This document shows, piece after piece, positions 34,602 through 42,865 of a DNA stretch of 64,000 nt. Origin of the DNA: an uncultured Planctomycetia bacterium (GTDB lineage Bacteria; Planctomycetota; MHYJ01; WSZJ01; CAZYRM01); contig CAZYRM010000015.1 in assembly GCA_964649705.1 (NCBI GenBank), positions 1,119-65,118 of the forward strand, written 5' to 3'. Position numbers and translations under genes: made by a program. The notes beneath the pieces are model-generated. The model did not search any database, was not told the DNA's origin, and saw only the letters and a list, made by a program, of their open reading frames with translations. The first letter of the stretch is position 1; each line of letters starts with the position of its first letter.

Positions 34602-36248
34602 CTACCGCATCCTCGTCCCCAGCATCGCGTGGAGCGCGCGGCGGGCCTCGCGGCCGAGAAGGGCCAGCACGCCGATCCAGAGCAGCGCCACGGTCGCGGG
34701 GACGAACACGAACGCCGCGCCGTACGCCTTGACCGCCGCCACGGCGCCGATCGCGCTCGCCACGAGGAGCCCCAGGAGCGAGACGTGCACGCCGACCCCC
34801 ACCAGCGTCACGGCCCGAAACTGGTTCTTCGAATCGTACTTCGGGAAGATCGCCCCGAGCGTCACGCTGATCCACGAGAACGCGGCGGCCCCGAGGACCG
34901 CCACGACGAGCGCCGCGCGGACCGTCCCCGCCGTGCCGTCCTCCCCGCGTGTGGCCAGCGCCACCATCCCCACCGCGAGCGCCGCCACCGGGAGCGACAG
35001 CACGAGCGCGACGTGGAACTTCGCCGCGAGGAGGTTCCTGGGCGTCACCGGCGTCCCTCGGAGCCCCTCCAGGCACCGTTCCTCTCGGCCGAACGCCGAG
35101 AGGTTCAGGTTCAGCAGGTGGCCCGAGACCACGAGCAGCACCACGCCCCAGATCGGATACGCGACGCCCTCCTCCAGCTCCCCCCTCCGCGCCTCCCAGG
35201 CCGCGAGCCCCACGCCGAGGAGGACGAGCGCGACGGCGGCGTATGCGGCGTATCCGACGATCGGGTCGCGCGCGATCCACAGGAGGTCCTTCCTCGCGAT
35301 GGCGCGCGTCGCGGGAGACGCCCACACGAGCGGCCTGAGGAGGGCCTCCGTGAACCCCTCGCCCCGCCCCGCCGCGGCCCGCGCAATCACGCCGGCATCT
35401 TGGTGGGGCCAGACCTTCTCGAGAAGCGGCGTGAGCCTCCTGAGATAGAGCGAGCGGTAGGCGAGGAACGCGAGCGTCCGGAGCGCGACCGCGACGGCGG
35501 CGACGAGCGCGCCCGACGTGGCGGCCTTTCCCCAGTTCCCAGCCCTCGCCGAAAGGACCAGGTCCGCGGTCCAGGCCGTCGGCCCGACGCCCGCGAGCAC
35601 ATCCAGGACGTGCCGACGGTCGAGCGCGCGGGCCGAGACGATGCCGGAGGCGCCGAGGATGACGATCGCCCCGAGCAGGGCCCCGCGCCCGAGGAGCGCC
35701 CTGGGTAGGAGCGTCACGACGGCGAGCACGAGGGCGATCATCATCCAGCCGACGACGTAGACGAGGAGGACCGACAGGACGAGCAGGATCGCGACGAACC
35801 CGAGGCCCGCCTGGCCGCCGAGGTTCAGGCCCGCCCCTGCGGCGAGGACGACCAGGAAGACGAGCGGCGTCATGCTGTGGAGGATGTCGCCGCACTTGAA
35901 GCCGAACAGCGCCGACTCGGTGATCGGGAGGGCGCGCAGACGCTCCAGCTCCTGGACCTGCGTGGGGTAGAAGAGGGCGATCAGCGTGAGGATGAACGTT
36001 ACGACGCCGAAGAACACGCAGTACGACAGCAGGAGCAGCGCGAGACCGCTCCTCTTCTCGAGGATGGCGGGAACGACGTCGGCGCCCCAGGCGGGCATCC
36101 TCGCGGAGTAGCCGAACAGGAACGCGACCGTGACGATCGAGACGATCCCGAGGACGGAGAGGATCAGGTTCGCGGGGTTATGGAGCAGGTCCCGTGCCTG
36201 GATCTTCACGTTGAGCCGTTTGTACGTCCAGCCGATCGACCGCATCAC
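34602..36248 (-). CDS. Putative ABC exporter permease
   Basis: About 12 TM segments in two halves, L.ALPIT and LRGTPV loops; coupled to the ABC ATPase. Confidence 0.82.
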   Translation of the reverse strand: MMRSIGWTYKRLNVKIQARDLLHNPANLILSVLGIVSIVTVAFLFGYSARMPAWGADVVPAILEKRSGLALLLLSYCVFFGVVTFILTLIALFYPTQVQELERLRALPITESALFGFKCGDILHSMTPLVFLVVLAAGAGLNLGGQAGLGFVAILLVLSVLLVYVVGWMMIALVLAVVTLLPRALLGRGALLGAIVILGASGIVSARALDRRHVLDVLAGVGPTAWTADLVLSARAGNWGKAATSGALVAAVAVALRTLAFLAYRSLYLRRLTPLLEKVWPHQDAGVIARAAAGRGEGFTEALLRPLVWASPATRAIARKDLLWIARDPIVGYAAYAAVALVLLGVGLAAWEARRGELEEGVAYPIWGVVLLVVSGHLLNLNLSAFGREERCLEGLRGTPVTPRNLLAAKFHVALVLSLPVAALAVGMVALATRGEDGTAGTVRAALVVAVLGAAAFSWISVTLGAIFPKYDSKNQFRAVTLVGVGVHVSLLGLLVASAIGAVAAVKAYGAAFVFVPATVALLWIGVLALLGREARRALHAMLGTRMR

Positions 36249-37000
36249 GAGCCGCTCATGAACCGTTCAATCCGCTCTTCGGCCACGCCGCCGGTCAGGT
36301 TGAGGTAGATCTCCTCGAGCGAGAGCCCCGGGAAGCGCGACTGGAGCTCCGTGAGCCTCCCCTCGCAGAGGAGCTTCCCGTGATGGAGGACTCCGACGCG
36401 GTCGCAGAGCTTTTCGGCCACGCCGAGCAGGTGCGTGGACATGAAGACGATCATCCCGGCGTCGCAGAGCGAGCGGATCGCCTTTCGCACGAGGGCGGAG
36501 GCCCCCGGGTCGAGCCCCTCGGTCGGCTCGTCGAGGAAGGCGACCTTCGGCTTGTGGACCAGGGCCGCGCACAGGCCGAGCTTCTTCTTCATCCCGTGCG
36601 AGTAGGTCTTCACGTACCGCTGCGACTCCTCCTCGAAGGCGAAGAGCGCGAAGAGGGCGTCGATCCGCTTCCTCTTTTGATCCTCGGGGATCCCGTGGAC
36701 GTCGGCGATGAAGTCGAGGTACTCGCGGCCGCTCAGGTAGCCGTAGGCGTAGAAGTCCTCGGGGAGGTATCCCGCGATCCGGCGGATCTCTAGGCTCTCG
36801 CGGCCGATCTCGTGCCCGAAGACGCGCGCGGTCCCGGCGGTGGGCGCGACGAGCCCCATGAGCATCCGGATCGTGCTCGTCTTCCCCGCGCCGTTCGGTC
36901 CGCAGAAGAGGAACCACTCGCCGGGGTGGACGGTGAGCGCGAGGCCGTCCACGGCCGTCAGCGCCCCGTACTTCTTCGTGAGCCCCTGAATCTCGATCAT
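36245..37000 (-). CDS. ABC transporter ATP-binding protein
   Basis: GPNGAGKT, YSHGMKKK, FLDEPT, STH. Confidence 0.95.
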   Translation of the reverse strand: MIEIQGLTKKYGALTAVDGLALTVHPGEWFLFCGPNGAGKTSTIRMLMGLVAPTAGTARVFGHEIGRESLEIRRIAGYLPEDFYAYGYLSGREYLDFIADVHGIPEDQKRKRIDALFALFAFEEESQRYVKTYSHGMKKKLGLCAALVHKPKVAFLDEPTEGLDPGASALVRKAIRSLCDAGMIVFMSTHLLGVAEKLCDRVGVLHHGKLLCEGRLTELQSRFPGLSLEEIYLNLTGGVAEERIERFMSGS

Positions 37001-39024
37001 CACACCCAGACGCCGACGGCGTTGAAGAGGGCGTGCGCCACGATGCACGCCAGGATCCCCTCGCGCTTCGCGAGCACGCCGAGGACGAGGCCCAGCGTGA
37101 ACACCTGCGCGAGCTTCCACGACTCGGGCTCGACCATCCCCGCGTGGGCGATCGCCCAGAAGAACGACACGAGGAACACCGAGATCGCCCACCTCCCCGA
37201 CACGGCGCGGAGCGACCTCACGAGGAGGCCGAGGAAGAAGAGGCGGCAGGTGATCTCCTCCACCACGCCCGCGGTCATGACCAGGAGCACGGCGGAGACG
37301 GGGTGGCGGGACGGCTCGAGGATCGCCCCGAGCTCCCCCTCGCGCAGCGGGTCCCAGAGGAACTGGAGGAGGTCCGACGGCCTCGGCGTCTGCCACGCGA
37401 GGAACGCCCAGGTGATCGCGCCCATCACGAGCCCCGCGACGACTCCCGCGGCGATCGACCTCGCGGCCCTCCGCGCGCGAGGCGTGCGGATCCCGACGGC
37501 CGCGGCGAGCGCCATCCCCGCGGGGACGACGAGGAAGGTCCTCGCCGAGAAAAGCCCCGTCCAGAGGAGGTCCGTCTTCGGCACGCCGAGCGCCCAGCCG
37601 TGGACGACGACCTGGGTCCCTCCGACGAGGAGCGTCAGGACGGCGGCGTGGAGGAGGTAGTTCCGGGTCCGCGACCACTGCGAGACGAGGACGACGATCG
37701 CGAGCACGCCCGAGAGCGCGGTCAGGAGGAGGGTGAACCCCATCGAGATCGTGAAGTACGGCGAGACGCGCAGGTAGCACGCCATCCACCTCCCCCACAG
37801 CTCGGGCAAAGGGGCCTCGGAGCGCGCCTGGTAGAGCCCATAGAGCGACATGGCCCCCCGGTGGTCGCCGGCCTCCGCGAGGCAGTCCCCGGCGGCGAGG
37901 TAGTAGTAGGCGTACGCCTCGACGTCGCGGCCGCCGGCGCGGGCCTCGGCGAGCCCGTCGAGGAAGCTCTCCGCGGCCTCCCGCGGCGCGGCGAGCCGCG
38001 AGCGCTGGATCTCGCCGATCCGGAAGAGGACCTGTCCCGGCGTGGACAGGAAGATCGGGTCGCCCCTCGATGCGAGCCCCTTCGCGCGGTAGTCGCGGAG
38101 GAGCTCCACGGCGCGGGCGGGCTCGTTGAACTCGTCCACGAGCAGGTCGGCGTAGGCGAGCGACGCGGGGCCGAGGCAGTTCCCGCGGTCGAGCGTGATG
38201 ACCTCCTCGAACCAGCGCCTCGCCGCGCCCGGGTCGCCGAGCTGCCGCTGGAAGGCCTCGGCGAGGCGGAAGGCCATGTCGTCGAGGTAGAGGCTCTCGC
38301 GGGGCGTCTCGTGAAAGACGCGCTGGAGGGCGTCGACGTCGGTCTGGCCTCCCTTGTAGCTGACGGCGGCCATGCGAAAGCCGGGGAGGAGGCGAGGGTG
38401 CGACTCGGCGGCGGCCTCGAGGAGACGCTTCTCGGAGCGCGCCTGATCGGGGGACTCGGGGAGGAGCGAGAGGGCCTCGAGGAGGACGACGTTGTCGGGG
38501 TCCTTTTCGAGGACGGCGAACACGGGGGAGGCGAGCGAGGCGATCTTCCTGGGGGCATCGTCGCCGCGCCACGCCGCGCGTTCGAGGAGGAAGCGGGTAT
38601 AGACGACCCACGGGTCGGCGGGGGCAAACCGCTCGGCGCGGCGGACGACGGAGTCGGCGGCGGCGACCTCGGGGCTCGAGAATCCCTCGCCTCCGGAGCC
38701 GATCACGATGGTGAACCGGCCGCCGCGCGTCTCGGCGCCCTTGACGAGGAGGAGGGCGAGCGCGGAGGCGACCATCGGGCCGGTCTTGCCTCGCGCGCGG
38801 CGCTCCCAGGACGCGCGGACGCGTTCGGCGCGGTCGAGGAGGTCCTGGTCTCGCGGCGCGACGGCTCGGCGGAAGAGCTCCACCCAGGCGCGCATCGAGC
38901 TTGGGTCCTTCTCGAGGAGGGCGAGGCACTCCTCGCGCGCCTCGGGCTCCCCGTCGTCCATGCGCTCGCGCAATGCGTCGATCGGGTCCTCGGCGGCGAG
39001 GGGTGCGACGACGAGCAGGAGCAT
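37000..39024 (-). CDS. TPR + CPBP (CAAX/Abi) intramembrane metalloprotease
   Basis: Signal, TPR-like helices, TM block with EEITCR, FWAIAH, AHALFN. Start uncertain (39024-39156). Confidence 0.82.
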   Translation of the reverse strand: MLLLVVAPLAAEDPIDALRERMDDGEPEAREECLALLEKDPSSMRAWVELFRRAVAPRDQDLLDRAERVRASWERRARGKTGPMVASALALLLVKGAETRGGRFTIVIGSGGEGFSSPEVAAADSVVRRAERFAPADPWVVYTRFLLERAAWRGDDAPRKIASLASPVFAVLEKDPDNVVLLEALSLLPESPDQARSEKRLLEAAAESHPRLLPGFRMAAVSYKGGQTDVDALQRVFHETPRESLYLDDMAFRLAEAFQRQLGDPGAARRWFEEVITLDRGNCLGPASLAYADLLVDEFNEPARAVELLRDYRAKGLASRGDPIFLSTPGQVLFRIGEIQRSRLAAPREAAESFLDGLAEARAGGRDVEAYAYYYLAAGDCLAEAGDHRGAMSLYGLYQARSEAPLPELWGRWMACYLRVSPYFTISMGFTLLLTALSGVLAIVVLVSQWSRTRNYLLHAAVLTLLVGGTQVVVHGWALGVPKTDLLWTGLFSARTFLVVPAGMALAAAVGIRTPRARRAARSIAAGVVAGLVMGAITWAFLAWQTPRPSDLLQFLWDPLREGELGAILEPSRHPVSAVLLVMTAGVVEEITCRLFFLGLLVRSLRAVSGRWAISVFLVSFFWAIAHAGMVEPESWKLAQVFTLGLVLGVLAKREGILACIVAHALFNAVGVWV

Positions 39025-39047
39025 CACTGCCAGGCAAGGCCCTGACC

Positions 39048-39150
39048 GGCCGAGCCCCGACAGGCCGAGCCCCGAAGGGGCGCCCCAAGTCAGCCAGGGG
39101 CGGAGCCCCTGGAACCACGTCAGGAGACGGAATGGAGCCCTGAAGGGGCG
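39048..39150. repeat. REP-like cluster of GC-rich hairpins
   Basis: GAGCCC(C/T)GAAGGGGCG at 39067 and 39135 flank the hairpin CCAGGGGC-GGA-GCCCCTGG at 39094-39112. Confidence 0.75.
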
Positions 39151-39156
39151 ACTCAT

Positions 39157-39759
39157 TCAGGCCCTCCCGTCGGAGAGGAGGGCGCGCGCAGAGCGGGCCG
39201 CCGTCGGCGGGGCGCCATCGATGCCGATCCGGAGCGCCTCGCGCACCTCGGCCGCGGTCGCTCCGCAGTTCCGCGCACCCGCGAGGTGGCTGCGAAGCTG
39301 GAGGACCATCCCTCCGGCGGCGAGCACGGGGATCACGCACAGCTCGCGGGTCCTTGCGTCGAGGAGGGGCCTCGAGAGGACCTTCCCGTACCCCTCCCAC
39401 AGGATCCAGTCGGCGAGATCGGGGTGGAGGCGGCGCATCGTTTCGATCATCTTCTCATACGTACGCCCATACACGCGGCGGCAGAGCCGGTCTCCGCGCG
39501 CGCGCCACGCGCCGAGGTCGCGGCGCACCGGCGGCCTCGGCGGAAGAGGCGCGATTGCAGCCAGTTCGGCAAGCGCGTTGATGCAGCGCGGATACCCGGC
39601 GAAGAGGTAGTTCTGGAGGATCGCCTCTCTCAGCGTCTCGGCGTCGGCCCCCTCGCGCAGCGCGGCGGCGAGCTCCCGGCGCAGGCGCGAGCCGTCCCCG
39701 AGGAAGACGAGGAGGCTCGCCCGGCACAGGCGGCGGAGGAGGGGAGTCAGCGCGGGCAT
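39157..39759 (-). CDS. Carboxymuconolactone decarboxylase/AhpD-like family protein
   Basis: EAILQNYLFAGYPR, YGKVLSRPLLDARTRELC, HLAGARNCGAT. Confidence 0.85.
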   Translation of the reverse strand: MPALTPLLRRLCRASLLVFLGDGSRLRRELAAALREGADAETLREAILQNYLFAGYPRCINALAELAAIAPLPPRPPVRRDLGAWRARGDRLCRRVYGRTYEKMIETMRRLHPDLADWILWEGYGKVLSRPLLDARTRELCVIPVLAAGGMVLQLRSHLAGARNCGATAAEVREALRIGIDGAPPTAARSARALLSDGRA

Positions 39760-39876
39760 GGGAGCTTCGTACCCGTCGCGCGTCCCGGAGTCAAGCGGAG
39801 CCGGTCCTCGTCAGGAGCAGGACCGGGCACCCTCCGCTCGGCGCGGGGAGGTCTGCCCTGCGAATCTCGTACTGGT

Positions 39877-40125
39877 TCAACGCGATCCCTTCGCTCGAGG
39901 CTTGCGCGCACCCCTGGGTTCCCAGACGCCTGGGTCCAGGTAGGCGTCGCCCGGGACGTCCGGCTGCCGGGCGTAGGCCTCCTCGGTCACGCGATCTTCC
40001 AGCTCCCAGAGCGCCATTCGGATCGCCGAACGAATGAACTCGGAGCGACGCCTGGCGGATCCGGGCGCCACGCGCTCCAGGCGGGCTGCCGTCTCGGCAT
40101 CGAGCTCGATGAGGACCTGCTTCAT
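39877..40125 (-). CDS. Ribbon-helix-helix (CopG/MazE-like) antitoxin-type protein
   Basis: MKQVLIELD...RRSEFIRSAIR...EEAYARQP. Confidence 0.72.
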   Translation of the reverse strand: MKQVLIELDAETAARLERVAPGSARRRSEFIRSAIRMALWELEDRVTEEAYARQPDVPGDAYLDPGVWEPRGARKPRAKGSR

Positions 40126-40215
40126 ATACGCAGGTCTATGGTAGATCCCATAGAGCGTCAAGCCAGGATTCGACCAATCGCGGCGCGCCACCGACGAGAT
40201 GGGACGATAGCCGCG

Positions 40216-41619
40216 TCAGTTCCAGGCGCCGCGGCGGCGGAGTTTCCGTATGCGGCGTTCGCACTCGCGCGCCTCGGGGCCGCGCTGCAGGGAGTGGAGG
40301 ACGCTCGCGAGGTTCGTCAGGACCGGCAGCAGGCGTGGATCGTTCGGCCCGTCGCGGGCCTCCGAGAGCGCGAGGGCGCGCTGGAGCAGGCCGAGCGCCT
40401 CCCGGCTCCTCCCCTCCTGGAAGTGGGCCTCCGAGAGCGCGTTCGCGAGGGCCGCAAGGAGGTCGGGGGATGCCTCGGGGTCGCGCTCCAGACGGCCCAG
40501 CACCGGCCCGGCGAAGTCGAGGAACTCGTGGAGCCTGCCTTGCGCGCGAAGGCAGAGAGCCAGGTTGTTGAAGCACTCGCAGAGGCCCGCGCCGTGGGTT
40601 GCGTGGACCGGCAGCCAGAGCTCGGCGGCTCGGCGCCAGAGGGGGGCGGTGAGCGCGGGGCTCCGACCGCAGGTGGCCTGGAGCGTCGCGAGGAGGACCA
40701 CCGGCTGCGCGACGTGAGGGCTCGCGGCGCCGAAGGACGCCTCGCTCACCGCGACAGCGCGCCGCGCGAGCTCGAGGGCCCCCTTCTCGTCATGGCTCAT
40801 CGCCGCGATCGTCGCGAGACCGGCGAGCGGCGTCGAGAGCGAGTGGTGCGCGGGACCGCGACAGCGCTCGATTGTCGCGGCCCCCTGCTCGTAGAGCCGT
40901 CGCGCCGCGTCGAGGTCCCCCTTCCCGAGCAGGTTGCCGGCGAGGTGGTCGAGCGTGTAGGCCACATAGAGGTGCTCCTCGCCCAGCTCGCGCCTCCGAA
41001 TCTCGAGGGCTCGATCGAGGAGGGCCCGGGCCTCGTCGAGCCGTCCCTCATGTTCCTCCGCTGTGGCAAGCGACACGCATGCGCTCGCGACCTCGAGCAT
41101 CTCGGGAGGGCTGCACCCCTCGTGGAGCGCCAGGGCACGGCGATAGTGCGAGAGGGCCTGTGCCGTCCGCTCTTGAGACTCTGCCAGCCCGCCCGCGTTG
41201 CCGTACACCGTCGCGACGGCCGTCCGTGTCTCCTGGGTCGGCTCGGGGGGCAGGGCGACGAGGGACCGCGCCATCGTGTCGCGCGCGGCGCCGGCGCGCC
41301 CGAGCTCCCAGAGGGCCCAGGCGACGAAGCTCCTCGTGCAGGCGGTCGAGGCGTGGTCCGCGCCGAAAACGCCCTCGCGCTCTTCCAGCGCGGTGCGGAG
41401 CACGTCCAGGGCGTCCTCGGTCCGCTGACCCTCGAGGAGGAGCTCGCCCGTCCTGTGGGCCGCCTCCGCGGCCAGCGCGCGGTCGCCCTCCGCGAGGGCG
41501 CGCTCCCGCGTCACGCGGGCGAACTCGACGCCGAGGTCGACCTCGCCGCGCAGGACATGGCGGTGCATCCTCTGCCGCGCGTCCTCGGGAGTCCTGTCGC
41601 CGGGCGAAGTTTCGCTCAT
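40216..41619 (-). CDS. Tetratricopeptide repeat protein (kinesin-light-chain-like)
   Basis: Repeated ALEIRRRELGEEHLYVAYTLDHLA-type units. Start uncertain. Confidence 0.8.
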   Translation of the reverse strand: MSETSPGDRTPEDARQRMHRHVLRGEVDLGVEFARVTRERALAEGDRALAAEAAHRTGELLLEGQRTEDALDVLRTALEEREGVFGADHASTACTRSFVAWALWELGRAGAARDTMARSLVALPPEPTQETRTAVATVYGNAGGLAESQERTAQALSHYRRALALHEGCSPPEMLEVASACVSLATAEEHEGRLDEARALLDRALEIRRRELGEEHLYVAYTLDHLAGNLLGKGDLDAARRLYEQGAATIERCRGPAHHSLSTPLAGLATIAAMSHDEKGALELARRAVAVSEASFGAASPHVAQPVVLLATLQATCGRSPALTAPLWRRAAELWLPVHATHGAGLCECFNNLALCLRAQGRLHEFLDFAGPVLGRLERDPEASPDLLAALANALSEAHFQEGRSREALGLLQRALALSEARDGPNDPRLLPVLTNLASVLHSLQRGPEARECERRIRKLRRRGAWN

Positions 41620-41719
41620 GCGGATGGGATCGCTGAGACGACCATGCCTCGCATCCCTACCACGGGCCCTCCCGGAAGGCAAGCCGTGCCCACCGCAGGC
41701 GCCTGCTCTTCCTCGAAGG

Positions 41720-42045
41720 TGGTGGCCGCTGGGGAAGGACCACCGCGTGGTCCTCGATCCCGCGCGACGTCTGGGGAAGCCGATCGTCTCGAAGGAGGGT
41801 GTGCGGACGCATGTCCTATCCGAGGCCTTCGCGGTCGAGCGGTCGTTCGACACCGTCGCGTCCTGGTACGAGGTCGAGCGCGAGTCGGTCCGCCAGGCCG
41901 TTCGGTACGAGGAATCGATCTCGGCGTGAGGTTCTTCATCGACAACTGCCGCCTCGCGGAGCGTCTTGGCGGCGGCGACCTGAGGCTTGCGGTGTGCGGG
42001 GGCAACCGCGTAGGATCGATTGTCGCTGGGAGGGCCTTGCGATGA
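41720..42045 (+). pseudogene. Remnant of a DUF433 antitoxin / PIN-like toxin pair
   Basis: C-terminal DUF433 (VVLDPARRLGKPIV...VASWYEV....VRQAVRYE) ends at 41929 with a GTGA overlap into MRFFIDNC, which degenerates within a few codons. Confidence 0.7.
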
Positions 42046-42077
42046 TCACGGCCGCAACGAGGGAGTGGAGGGTGGAG

Positions 42078-42506
42078 ATGGGAGAGGTCCGGGTGAGACT
42101 GGTCCTTTCGAACTACGAGGACGAGGGGATGGTCTGCCGCGGATTGCTTAGGGCCGATCAGGTCCGGCGCGCGGAGGTCGACGCGCTGGTCGACACCGGC
42201 GCCACGCGGCTCGTCCTCCCCAAGTCCATCGCCGATCAGCTTGGGCTGCGCGTCCTCGGCAAGCTCCCCGTGCGGTACGCGGACGAGCGCAGAGGAGTGT
42301 GCGACCGCGTCGGAATCGTGGTGGTCGGTCTGATGGGGCGGACCACCGAGGTCGACGCGGTGGTCGAGCCCCAGAAGACCTATGCCCTTCTTGGGCAGAT
42401 CCCACTGGAGGGATTGGATCTGTTCGTCGATCCCGTCGGGCGGCGCCTCGTGCCGAACCCGGACTCTCCCGACGCGCCGCTCTCCGAAATGCAGGGGAGC
42501 CTCTGA
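42078..42506 (+). CDS. Clan AA (retropepsin-like) aspartic protease
   Basis: ALVDTGAT, YADER, ALLGQIPLEGLDL; GGAG RBS. Confidence 0.9.
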   Translation: MGEVRVRLVLSNYEDEGMVCRGLLRADQVRRAEVDALVDTGATRLVLPKSIADQLGLRVLGKLPVRYADERRGVCDRVGIVVVGLMGRTTEVDAVVEPQKTYALLGQIPLEGLDLFVDPVGRRLVPNPDSPDAPLSEMQGSL

Positions 42507-42865
42507 ATCCGCCCCGTCAGGCTGACACGGGTTCGAGGCCGGTCTGATGGCCAGAGGCGGCGAGAGGACGTAGCCCTGGCGCGGCAGGTGAGGGACCACC
42601 CCGCCTGCCAGGGTGGAGAGAGGCACGCGGGGTTGCCCCGCGCCGTACGTGCGCGTTCTCAGATCCCCAGGAACGTCGAGGACGTGTACGATGTGGCCGA
42701 CAACGGTGTCGCTCCGGCGCCTGACGCGGAGCGATCGCAGGGGCGGACCGAGATGCCCACCTGCGGTGAACCCAATTCCCGAAAGCCTCCGTTCGCGGAT
42801 CTACCTCTAGATCATAGAGATTGGAACGCTGTATCCTCCTCGCGTCCCCGAGGAAGAAGTCGAGC

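Noticed and set aside
34583-39050. Similar GGCAAGGCC(C)TGACCG strings at about 34583 and 39033 flanking the CPBP-ABC genes
   Set aside because: Only about 15 nt with an indel in GC-rich DNA; not distinguishable from chance without a genome-wide count.
42507-42865. GC-rich hairpins and short ORFs upstream of the kinase (IS end or ncRNA?)
   Set aside because: No transposase motifs, terminal repeats or recognisable RNA family; such hairpins are expected at this GC content.
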